This document shows positions 1 through 8,443 of a stretch of 59,622 nucleotides of DNA, piece after piece. The DNA comes from Burkholderiales bacterium (GTDB lineage Bacteria; Pseudomonadota; Gammaproteobacteria; Burkholderiales; Burkholderiaceae_C). A program made the position numbers and the translations under genes. The notes under the pieces are model-generated. The model was not told the origin of the DNA. It worked only from the letters and a program-made list of their open reading frames with translations, and ran no database searches. Numbering within the stretch: the stretch's first letter is position 1; each line of letters starts with the position of its first letter. The stretch lies in contig JAGWMW010000001.1 in assembly GCA_028871575.1 (NCBI GenBank), positions 1 through 59,622 of the forward strand, in the 5' to 3' direction.

Positions 1-24
1 CGTGGGGTCGTGCGAGTCGCTCAT
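1..24 (-). CDS. 5' end of a gene running off the left edge (MSDSHDPT...), product unknown
   Basis: ATG at 24 on minus strand, GAGGA SD at 29-33, perfect TATAAT -10 at 102-107 (minus). Confidence 0.5.
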
Positions 25-172
25 CGAATCCTCGGGGTCCGATCTTCCGGTCGGCGGCGGGCCCTCGACAGCTGGCCAGCTCAGCAGGGCAAACCCGCGG
101 GATTATAGAGGGGGGTCCGCGGCCGAGCCGGGTGGGCGCAGGCCCCGGCGGTAGAATCGCGGGCTGCGGAAA

Positions 173-247
173 GCGACCGTGGTGAAGTGGATATCATGCG
201 GCCCTCCGAAGGCTGCGTCGCAAGTTCGATTCTTGCCGGTCGCACCA
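173..247 (+). tRNA. tRNA-Arg (anticodon CCG)
   Basis: Acceptor stem GCGACCG/CGGTCGC, anticodon arm CGGCC-CTCCGAA-GGCTG, T arm GCAAG-TTCGATT-CTTGC, encoded CCA; TAGAAT -10 at 152-157. Confidence 0.95.
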
Positions 248-254
248 AGCACCC

Positions 255-944
255 TTGAGCCCCTTACGCCTCGGTGGCCCGGTCTGCAGTTCCCCACGGC
301 CCCCGGGCCGCGGCCGCACCGACACCCCGGCCCTGGCGCTGTGGCTCGGCGCCGTCGGTGCCGCATTGCTGGCCGGCTGCAGCAGCGCCCCGCCGCTGCG
401 TGACGGGGCCGAGGCCCGGCCGCCGCCGAACCTGGCCCAGACCCCCGACGCCGTGCCCCGCATCGAGCCGCTGCGCGTGGGCGGCCCCAACAAGCCCTAC
501 ACCGTGCTCGGGCGGACCTACGTGCCGATGACGGCCGACCTGCCACTGCGCGAGGTGGGCGGCGCCTCGTGGTACGGCACCAAGTTCCAGGGCCGGCCCA
601 CCGCCAGCGGCGAGCCCTACGACATGTACGCGATGACCGCGGCGCACCGCACGATGCCGATCCCGAGCTATGCCCTGGTGCGCAACCCCGCCAACGGGCG
701 CGAGGTCATCGTGCGCATCAACGACCGCGGCCCGTTCGCGCCGGGGCGCATCATCGACCTGAGCTACGTGGCCGCGCTCAAGCTCGGCCTGCTGCACGGC
801 GTGGCCCCGGTGGAGGTGCAGCGGCTCACCTTCGACGACATCCGCGCCTGGCAGGCCCAGCAGGCCCGCAGCGCGCCACCGGCGGCCGCGGGACCGGCGC
901 CGACGGCGCTCGACGCCTGGATCGCGGAGCACGCCACTCCCTAG
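255..944 (+). CDS. rlpA: Septal ring lytic transglycosylase RlpA family lipoprotein (DPBB domain only, no SPOR); start uncertain
   Basis: Lipobox LLAGC; GxASWYG, TASGEPYDMYAMTAAHRT and VRINDRGPF...RIIDLS motifs. Confidence 0.9.
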   Translation: MSPLRLGGPVCSSPRPPGRGRTDTPALALWLGAVGAALLAGCSSAPPLRDGAEARPPPNLAQTPDAVPRIEPLRVGGPNKPYTVLGRTYVPMTADLPLREVGGASWYGTKFQGRPTASGEPYDMYAMTAAHRTMPIPSYALVRNPANGREVIVRINDRGPFAPGRIIDLSYVAALKLGLLHGVAPVEVQRLTFDDIRAWQAQQARSAPPAAAGPAPTALDAWIAEHATP

Positions 945-1025
945 CTCGTCGGCAGCGCGCGGCTTGCCGGGGTGCCGCTTTGCGCCGATGCTGGCCGCCC
1001 CCCGACGGGCGACGGAGCGCGCGAC

Positions 1026-4000
1026 ATGGCCAGCGACGACAGCAACGCGATCACCTTCGTCGTCCCCGGACAGCGCCAGGCCGCGCGCGGCGGCGCCAGC
1101 GATCCCGCCCGCGGCCCGTCCATGGCCGGGCTGGCCGGCACGGTCAAGGATTCGGTGCGCGTGGCCGCGCGCCGCGACGGCAGCGGCGGCGACAGCGTGC
1201 GCCTGAGCGCCGTGCCGGGCCGCGACCTGGTGCTGCTGCAGCTGGCCGGCGGCCCCACCCTGCTGCTGCACCCCGAGAACGCGCGCGACCTGCTGCTGGG
1301 CCAGGGCACGCAGGCGCGCGGCGCCACGGCCGCGGCCGCGCCGGGCGAGGTGGTCGTGCCCGGCCAGCTGCGCTGGCGCGGGCTGGAGCAGGCCGCGCCC
1401 ACGCGCAGCGGCGGCTTCCTCGGGCAGGTGCTGCTGCAGGCGGTCGAAGTCGTCACCGGCGTGGCCGAGGACGGCGCGGCCGACTTCGCCGCCAGCCTGG
1501 TCGTGCAGAAGGTCGACGGCCAGGTGGACGCCGGCGTGTATGCGCTGCGGCGCGAGGCGCTGTCGGCGCTGAAGGGCAGCGGCCTGAAGCTGGCCCAGGT
1601 GCCGGCGCCTGGCGACCCAGCGACGATGCCGCTGCTGGTGCTGATCCACGGCACCTTCGTCGACACCGCCAGCACCTTCGGCCAGCTCTGGGCGCTGCAC
1701 CCGCAGCGCGTGGGCGAGCTGTTCACGGCCTACGGCGGGCGCGTCTACGCGCTCGACCACCCGACGCTGGGCGCCAGCCCCATCGCCAATGCGCTGACCC
1801 TGGTGCAGGCGCTGCCGGCCGGGGCTCGGCTGCACCTGGCCACGCATTCGCGCGGCGGCCTGGTGGCCGAGGTGCTGGCGCGCGTGTGCGGGCAGGCGCA
1901 GCTGGGCGACGCCGAGCTGGCCGGCTTCGACGACCCGGCCTGGGCGCCGCAGCGCCAGGCGCTGCAGGAGCTGCACGCCGCGGCCCAGGCCAAGGGCCTG
2001 CGCGTCGAGCGGCTGCTGCGCGTGGCCTGCCCGGCCCACGGCACGCTGCTGGCCAGCGAGCGGCTCGATGCCTACGTGTCGGTGCTGAAGTGGGCGATCG
2101 AGCTCGCCGGCGTGCCGGTGCTGCCGCAGCTGGTCGACTTCCTCGGCGAGGTGGCGCGCCGCCGCGCCGACCCGGCCCTGCTGCCTGGGCTGGCGGCCAT
2201 GATCCCCGACAACCCGCTGCTGAACTGGCTCAACGCCGCCGAAGAGCCGATCCCGGGCGAGCTGCGGGTGGTCGCCGGCGACCTGCAGGGCGACAGCGTG
2301 GGCAGCTGGGTCAAGACCCTGCTGGCCGACGCCTACTACTGGACCGACAACGACATCGTCGTGCAGACGCGCAGCATGTACGGCGGCACGCCGCGCAGCG
2401 GCGGCGCGAGCTACCTGCTCGACCAGGGCGGCCGGGTCACGCACTTCAACTACTTCGTCAACGAGCGCACCGTGGCCGCCGTGGTGGGCGGCCTGACCCA
2501 GGCGGCGCCGGCGGGCTTTCGCCCGATCGGCCCGCTGTCCTGGGCCGGCCAGGACGCCAGCGGCGCGCGCGCCGCCCGCCGCGGCGCCGACGACCCCCGA
2601 CCGGCCAGCAGCAAGCCCGCGGTGTTCGTGCTGCCGGGCATCCTGGGCAGCAACCTCAAGGCCGGCGACCGGCGCATCTGGCTGAGCCTGCACCTGATCG
2701 GCGGCCTGTCGCGGCTGAAGTACCTGCCGGGCCAGAGCGACCAGCGCGAAGACGGCGTCGCCCCCGACGGCCCGATCGGCCTGAGCTACGACGACCTGAT
2801 GGACCACCTGGCGGCCACGCACGAGGTCATCGCCTACGCCTACGACTGGCGGCTGCCGATCGAGCTCGAGGCGCAGCGCCTGGCCGACGCGGTGGAGCAG
2901 GCGCTGGACGCCCGCAACGCCAGTGGCCAGCCGGTGCGGCTGCTCGCGCACAGCATGGGCGGCCTGCTCGCGCGCACGATGCAGCTCGAGCGGCCCAAGA
3001 CCTGGTCCCGCCTGATGCAGCGCGACGGTGCGCGGCTGCTGATGCTGGGCACGCCCAACGGCGGCAGCTGGGCGCCGATGCAGGTGCTCTCGGGCGACGA
3101 CACCTTCGGCAACGCGCTGGCCAGCTTCGGCAGCCCCTTCCACGACCGCCAGGCGCGGCAGTGGATGGCCGAGATGCCCGGCTTCCTGCAGCTGCAGGCC
3201 GGCCTGCTCGACCCGGCGCTGGCGCTGGACCGCGCCGAGACCTGGCAGAAGATCGCGCAGGACGACCTGCAGCGGGTGCAGCAGAACAACTGGTGGCACA
3301 CCAGCAACGGCGGTGCGCCCGAGGCGGCCTACGCCTGGGGCCTGCCGCCGCAGCCGGTGCTCGACCAGGCCCGCGCGCTGCGCCAGCGGCTGGACGCCCA
3401 GCGCCAGGCCGACCTGCCGGCCTTCGCCGACCGGCTGCTGCTGGTGGTGGGCCGGGCCGGCTTCACGCCCGACGGCTACGAATGGGGCCCCGACGGCTTC
3501 GTCTACCTCGACGCGCCCGACGGCGGCGACGGCCGGGTCGCGCTCGAGTCGGCGCTGCTGCCGGGCGTGCGCACCTGGACGCTGGACTGCGAGCATGGCG
3601 GCCTGCCCGACGACGGCACCGCCTTCGACGCCTACGCCGACTTGCTCAGCCAGGGCGACACGGCGCGCCTGCGGCGCCTGGCGGCGTTGCCCGGCAGTGC
3701 CGGCGCGGGCCGGGGCAGCGCGGCGGCTCCGGGCGGTGCGCAGATGCGCGTGCGCAGCCGGCCCTCGCGCGGGCGCAGCCTGCCCGTGCCGGCGGACAGC
3801 CTGCGGGCCGTGTTCGCCAGCGGGCGCGGTGCGCTGCCCGAGCCGCCCGACGCCGCGGCCGGTGCGCCGCTGCGCGTGCGCGTGCTCAACGGCAACCTGA
3901 GCTTCGTCGCCCAGCCGCTGATGGTGGGCCATACCCGCGCGCTGGCGCTGACCGGCACCGAGGCCGTGCTGGACCGCCTGGTCGGCGGCGCGATGAAGGA

Positions 4001-6602
4001 ATCGCTCGACGCCGGCCTGTACCCCGATGCGCCCGGCTCGCACCAGATCTTCATGAACTCGCGGCTGGACCCCGACAACCCCTGGCGCGCGCCGCAGCCC
4101 GCCAGCGCCGTGATCGTGGGCCTGGGCGAGGAGGGCAAGCTCACCGAGCAGGACCTGGCGCGCAGCGTGCGCCAGGGCGTCATCGCCTGGGCCCAGCGCA
4201 TCGCCGAGCGCAGCGCCGACGCGCCGGCCCAGATCGAACTGGCCGCCACCCTGATGGGCAGCGGCGGCGTGGGCATGAACGCCAGCAACGCGGCGCGCTC
4301 GATCGCCCAGGGCGTGCGCGACGCCAACGAGCGGCTGCAGGGCCGCGGCTGGCCGATGGTGGGCGAGCTCACGCTCGTGGAGCTCTACCTCGAGCGCGCC
4401 TCAGACGCCTGGCACGGCCTGCAGGTGCTGGCCACGGCGGCGCCCGGGCGCTTCGACATCGCCCCCACCATCGCCAGCGGCATCGGCCCGCTGCGGCGCC
4501 AGATCGACAGCGGCTACCGCGGCGCCGACTACGACTTCATCGCCGCCACCAGCCCGGTCGACGGCACCATCGCCTTCGCGCTCGACACCAAGCGCGCCCG
4601 CACCGAGGTGCGGGCCCAGACGACGCAGGGCCGGCTGCTGCGCGACCTGGTGGCGCGCGCCAGCACCGCCGCCAGCCAGGACCCGCGGCTGGGCCGCACG
4701 CTGTTCCAGCTGCTGGTGCCGCCCGAGGTCGAGCCCTTCCTGGCCGGCACGAGCCGGATGCTGCTCGAGCTGGACGACGCCACCGCCGTCATCCCCTGGG
4801 AGCTGCTCGACACCGGCGACGACGGCGCCGGCCGCAGCGACGCCCGGCCCTGGGCCGTGCGCACCCAGCTGCTGCGCAAGCTGCGCCAGGAGAACTACCG
4901 CCAGCAGGTGCAGGACGCGAGCAGCGAAGACGCCGTGCTCGTGATCGGCGAGCCGCTGGTGGACGCCGCCGTCTACGGCCCGCTGCCCGGCGCGCGCGCC
5001 GAGGCCCGGGCCGTGGCCGAGGCGCTGCAGGGCCCGGGGGGCATCGGCGCCGAGCGCGTGACGGCGCTGATCGGCGGCCACGACGCCGGCAGCGTGATCA
5101 ACACCCTGTTCGAGCGCCGCTACCGCATCGTGCACGTGGCCGCGCATGGCGAGCCGGTGCGCCGCGACCCGGCCGACAAGACCCGCGTGGCCAGCAAGGG
5201 CGGCGTGGTGCTGTCCGACGGCACCTTCCTGGGCAGCGACGAGATCCGCAGCATGCGCACCGTGCCCGAGCTGGTGTTCGTCAACTGCTGCCACCTGGCG
5301 GCGCGCGATCCGGCGCAGGCGCTGGCGCCGCGTGAGTTCAACCGCGTCGAGTTCGCCTGGGGCCTGGCCGACTCGCTGATCGAGATCGGCGTGCGCTGCG
5401 TCATCGCCGCCGGCTGGGCCGTGGACGACGGCCCGGCCGAGACCTTCGCCACCACTTTCTACCGCGAGATCCTGGCGCGCCGTCCGTTCATCAGCGCCGT
5501 GGCCGCGGCGCGCGAGGCGGCCTGGAACGCCGACCGCAACAGCAACACCTGGGCCGCCTACCAGGCCTACGGCGACCCCAACTGGAGCTACCGCCAGGGC
5601 CAGGGCGAGGCGGCCAGCACGCCGATCGCGCCGCGCGAGGAGTTCGAGGGCGTGGCCTCGCCACTGGCGCTGGCGCTGGCGCTCGAAGAGCAGGCCGTCA
5701 AGAGCAAGTGGATGCATGCCGACGCGGCCGGCCAGCTCGAGCGCGTGCGCCACCTCGAGGCCCGCTTCGCGGCGCTGTGGGGCGGCATGGGCGCGGTGGC
5801 CGAGGCCTACGCCGTGGCCTACGCCGAGGCCGGCGAGCGCGACGCCGCCATCGCCTGGTACGAGCGCGCGCTGCAGGCCAACGACGCCAGCGCCTCGATC
5901 AAGGCCTGCGAGCAGCTGGCCAACCTGCGCGCCCGCCGGGCCTGGGCCCGCGCCGACCGCGCCGCCGCGGACAGCGCGGCGCTGGAGCAGGCGCGGCAGG
6001 ACATCGAGGCCGCGCTGCAGGACCTGCGCGCCCTGCTGGCGCTGCAGCCCACGCTGGAGCGGGCCAGCCTGGTGGGCTCGGCCTTCAAGCGCCTGGCCCT
6101 GCTGCAGGCCAAGCGCGGCGACACCCGGGCCCAGCGCCAGGCGCTGGCCGAGGCGGCTGCGGCCTACGGCCAGGCCGAGGCGCTGGCGGCCGCGGCGCGC
6201 GACCCCGATCTCTTCTACCCCGCGCTCAACCGCATGGCGCTGGAGCTGGTGGCGCACCTGGGCCAGGCCGGCTGGGCGGGCCTGGCTGCCGAGGCCCGTG
6301 CCGCGGTGCGCGCCAGCCTGCAGGCCAAGGCCGCGAGCCAGCCCGACTTCTGGTGCTTCGCCGGCCAGATCGAGCTCGACCTCTACGAGGCGGTGGCCGC
6401 GGGCCGGCTGGCCGAGGCCCAGGGCGCCCTGGCCTCGCGCTGGGCCGACCTGCACGGCCGCGTCGCGGCAGCCACGATGTGGGGCTCGGTGTCCGATCAG
6501 GCCACGCTGGTGCTGCGGCCCTACGCCCAGGCCCGCCGCGGGGCCGAGCAGGCCGCGGCGCAGGCCCTGCTGAAGGTCCTGCGCGCCTACGCCGCGGGCT
6601 GA
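1026..6602 (+). CDS. Giant multidomain protein: two alpha/beta hydrolase (lipase/LCAT-like) domains, CHAT caspase-like peptidase, TPR-like helical C-terminus
   Basis: ATG 1026 after GGAG; IHGT...HSRGG...NDIVV...H; LPGILGS...YDWR...HSMGG...GTP...GDGRV...H; CHAT dyad HVAAHG and FVNCCH; WAAYQAYGDP. Confidence 0.85.
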   Translation: MASDDSNAITFVVPGQRQAARGGASDPARGPSMAGLAGTVKDSVRVAARRDGSGGDSVRLSAVPGRDLVLLQLAGGPTLLLHPENARDLLLGQGTQARGATAAAAPGEVVVPGQLRWRGLEQAAPTRSGGFLGQVLLQAVEVVTGVAEDGAADFAASLVVQKVDGQVDAGVYALRREALSALKGSGLKLAQVPAPGDPATMPLLVLIHGTFVDTASTFGQLWALHPQRVGELFTAYGGRVYALDHPTLGASPIANALTLVQALPAGARLHLATHSRGGLVAEVLARVCGQAQLGDAELAGFDDPAWAPQRQALQELHAAAQAKGLRVERLLRVACPAHGTLLASERLDAYVSVLKWAIELAGVPVLPQLVDFLGEVARRRADPALLPGLAAMIPDNPLLNWLNAAEEPIPGELRVVAGDLQGDSVGSWVKTLLADAYYWTDNDIVVQTRSMYGGTPRSGGASYLLDQGGRVTHFNYFVNERTVAAVVGGLTQAAPAGFRPIGPLSWAGQDASGARAARRGADDPRPASSKPAVFVLPGILGSNLKAGDRRIWLSLHLIGGLSRLKYLPGQSDQREDGVAPDGPIGLSYDDLMDHLAATHEVIAYAYDWRLPIELEAQRLADAVEQALDARNASGQPVRLLAHSMGGLLARTMQLERPKTWSRLMQRDGARLLMLGTPNGGSWAPMQVLSGDDTFGNALASFGSPFHDRQARQWMAEMPGFLQLQAGLLDPALALDRAETWQKIAQDDLQRVQQNNWWHTSNGGAPEAAYAWGLPPQPVLDQARALRQRLDAQRQADLPAFADRLLLVVGRAGFTPDGYEWGPDGFVYLDAPDGGDGRVALESALLPGVRTWTLDCEHGGLPDDGTAFDAYADLLSQGDTARLRRLAALPGSAGAGRGSAAAPGGAQMRVRSRPSRGRSLPVPADSLRAVFASGRGALPEPPDAAAGAPLRVRVLNGNLSFVAQPLMVGHTRALALTGTEAVLDRLVGGAMKESLDAGLYPDAPGSHQIFMNSRLDPDNPWRAPQPASAVIVGLGEEGKLTEQDLARSVRQGVIAWAQRIAERSADAPAQIELAATLMGSGGVGMNASNAARSIAQGVRDANERLQGRGWPMVGELTLVELYLERASDAWHGLQVLATAAPGRFDIAPTIASGIGPLRRQIDSGYRGADYDFIAATSPVDGTIAFALDTKRARTEVRAQTTQGRLLRDLVARASTAASQDPRLGRTLFQLLVPPEVEPFLAGTSRMLLELDDATAVIPWELLDTGDDGAGRSDARPWAVRTQLLRKLRQENYRQQVQDASSEDAVLVIGEPLVDAAVYGPLPGARAEARAVAEALQGPGGIGAERVTALIGGHDAGSVINTLFERRYRIVHVAAHGEPVRRDPADKTRVASKGGVVLSDGTFLGSDEIRSMRTVPELVFVNCCHLAARDPAQALAPREFNRVEFAWGLADSLIEIGVRCVIAAGWAVDDGPAETFATTFYREILARRPFISAVAAAREAAWNADRNSNTWAAYQAYGDPNWSYRQGQGEAASTPIAPREEFEGVASPLALALALEEQAVKSKWMHADAAGQLERVRHLEARFAALWGGMGAVAEAYAVAYAEAGERDAAIAWYERALQANDASASIKACEQLANLRARRAWARADRAAADSAALEQARQDIEAALQDLRALLALQPTLERASLVGSAFKRLALLQAKRGDTRAQRQALAEAAAAYGQAEALAAAARDPDLFYPALNRMALELVAHLGQAGWAGLAAEARAAVRASLQAKAASQPDFWCFAGQIELDLYEAVAAGRLAEAQGALASRWADLHGRVAAATMWGSVSDQATLVLRPYAQARRGAEQAAAQALLKVLRAYAAG

Positions 6603-6618
6603 CCGGGCCGGGTCGCCG

Positions 6619-7365
6619 TCAGCGTCCGCCGCTGACGTCGAGCAAGGCGCCGGTGGTGTAGGCGGCTTCGTCGGAAAGCAGCCAGACGATGGCCGCGGCC
6701 ACCTCGTCGGCCCGCCCCGGACGCTGCATCGGCACGCTCGCAGCCAGGCGCCGGGCGCGATCGGGCTGGCCGCCGGAGGCGTGGATCTCGGTGTCGATGA
6801 TGCCCGGGCGCACCGCGTTCACGCGCACGCCTTCGGCAGCCACCTCGCGCGCCAGGCCGACGGTGAAGGTGTCGACGGCGGCCTTGCTGGCGGCGTAGTC
6901 GACGTACTGCGCCGGCGAGCCCAGCGTGGCGGCCACCGACGAGACATTGACGATCGCGCCGCCTGCGCCGCCATGGCGCCGGCTCATGCGGCGCAGCGCC
7001 TCGCGCGCGCAGGCGAAGCTGCCCAGCACGTTGATGGCGAACATGCGCGCCACGCGCTCGGCGCTCATCTCGTCCACGCGCGCGGCCACGTCCACCACGC
7101 CGGCGCTGTTGACCAGCCCCGACAGCCCGCCGGCCTCGCGGTCCAGGGCCGAGAACAGCGCGCGCACCTGGGCGTCGTCGGCCACGTCGGCCTGCAGCGT
7201 CCAGGCGCGGCGGCCGAGCGAGCGCACCTCGGCCGCCACGGCTTGGGCGGCCGCGGCATCGCGGGCGTAGTTGACGGCCACGTCCCAGCCGCGGGCGGCC
7301 GCGGCGCGGGCGGTGGCGGCGCCGATGCCGCGGCTGCCGCCGGTGACGAGCAGGACCGGGTTCAT
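6619..7365 (-). CDS. SDR family oxidoreductase
   Basis: TGGSRGIG Rossmann motif, YAASK catalytic motif, IVNVSS; TAGCAT -10 six nt upstream of ATG. Confidence 0.93.
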   Translation of the reverse strand: MNPVLLVTGGSRGIGAATARAAAARGWDVAVNYARDAAAAQAVAAEVRSLGRRAWTLQADVADDAQVRALFSALDREAGGLSGLVNSAGVVDVAARVDEMSAERVARMFAINVLGSFACAREALRRMSRRHGGAGGAIVNVSSVAATLGSPAQYVDYAASKAAVDTFTVGLAREVAAEGVRVNAVRPGIIDTEIHASGGQPDRARRLAASVPMQRPGRADEVAAAIVWLLSDEAAYTTGALLDVSGGR

Positions 7366-7394
7366 GCCCCCATGCTACGGGAGCCGTCGCGGGC

Positions 7395-7431
7395 AAAAAA
7401 GGGCAGCCCGCCGCAGGCGCGGGGGGCTGCC
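7395..7431 (-). terminator. Intrinsic terminator on minus strand with no minus-strand CDS upstream
   Basis: GGCAGCCC...GGGCTGCC stem followed by T6 on minus strand. Confidence 0.65.
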
Positions 7432-7564
7432 GCAAGCCCTCGAAGCCGAGGGCGTCGTTGGGAGCGTCGGCGCGGCGCTGCGGGACAATCCGCGGCCACC
7501 GCCCTGGCCGGCGAATCTACGCCCGGCCGGCATTGCTTCCATCCCCAGACATGGGGACGCCACC

Positions 7565-8215
7565 GTGACTGCAGCCCGCCCCGATCCCGCGCCGCTGACC
7601 GACGCCGACATCGCCCGCCTCGCGGCGCTGCTCGACAGCTTGCCACCGCCCTGCCAGCCGCTGGACGTGTCGGCGCTCGACGGCTATCTCTGCGGCGTGC
7701 TGCTGCAACCCAAGCCGGTGCCCGCCGCGCGCTGGCGCGCGCGCATCGCCGACCTCGAAGGCCGCGCCGCACCGGCCGGCGTCGCCCTGGACGAGGCCCT
7801 GGCGCTGGCCGAGCGGCGCCACGGCGAACTCGACCGCGCCATCGGCGCCCGCCAGTGGTTCGACCCCTGGGTGTTCCCGCCCGACGACGACGCCGCCGAC
7901 GAGGCCGCGCCCAGCCAGGCCCTGCTGCCCTGGGTGGCCGGCTTCGCCGCCGCGCTCGAAGCCTTCGGCGACCTGCTGGCGCTGGGCGACCCGGCGCTGA
8001 TCGAGCCGATGGCGCTGCTGTATGCGCACTTCGACCCCGACGATCTCGAGGACGCCGACGCCCTGCTGGAGGTGATCGACACGCTCGAGCCGCCGGCCGA
8101 CCTGGCCGAGGCGGTGCAGGACTGCGTGCGCGCGGTGATGCTGCTGGCCGACGTGACGCGCCCGCGGCGTCTGCCGGCGACCCGGCGCGCGCCGCCGCGC
8201 CGGCCGCGCCGCTGA
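7565..8215 (+). CDS. YecA/UPF0149 family protein
   Basis: In-frame GTG at 7565 after GGGGA; PLTDADIARLAALL, LDVSALDGYLCGV, WVAGF patterns. Confidence 0.8.
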   Translation: MTAARPDPAPLTDADIARLAALLDSLPPPCQPLDVSALDGYLCGVLLQPKPVPAARWRARIADLEGRAAPAGVALDEALALAERRHGELDRAIGARQWFDPWVFPPDDDAADEAAPSQALLPWVAGFAAALEAFGDLLALGDPALIEPMALLYAHFDPDDLEDADALLEVIDTLEPPADLAEAVQDCVRAVMLLADVTRPRRLPATRRAPPRRPRR

Positions 8216-8227
8216 AGCCGGTCTCGA

Positions 8228-8443
8228 GCAAACGTGGCTCTGCCACTTTGCTTGAACCCCCACGGGGGGCGGGCTGGGCGCAGCCCGGCCCTGGGGGCGC
8301 TCTGACGCAAACGTGGCTCTGCCACTTTGCTTGAACCCCCACGGGGGGCGGGCTGGGCGCAGCCCGGCCCTGGGGGCGCCCTCGAGCAGACGTGGCTCTG
8401 CCACGTTGCTTGAACCCGCCGCAGGGGACGGCCCCGGGGGCGC
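8228..8443. repeat. Tandem array of a 79-bp palindrome-rich REP-like element (two near-identical units plus a degenerate third)
   Basis: Units start at 8228, 8307 and 8386 (GCAAACGTGGCTCTGCCACTTTGCTTGAACCCCCACGGGGGGCGGGCTGGGCGCAGCCCGGCCCTGGGGGCGC); between convergent genes. Confidence 0.9.

Noticed and set aside
86-110. c-di-GMP-I riboswitch (GGGCAAACCC)
   Set aside because: Downstream GAAA-loop and GCAAAG elements are absent; the region is explained by divergent promoters
264-5335. Very long alternative-frame ORFs (e.g. 264-4043, 569-5335 and similar throughout)
   Set aside because: Shadow ORFs typical of very high GC DNA: Arg/Gly/Ala/Pro-rich, no motifs, overlapping well-supported genes
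173-6602. tRNA-anchored genomic island carrying the CHAT gene
   Set aside because: No integrase, no duplicated tRNA 3' end seen, and composition resembles the flanks
8228-8443. CRISPR array
   Set aside because: Whole 79-bp units repeat with no unique spacers, and no cas genes are present
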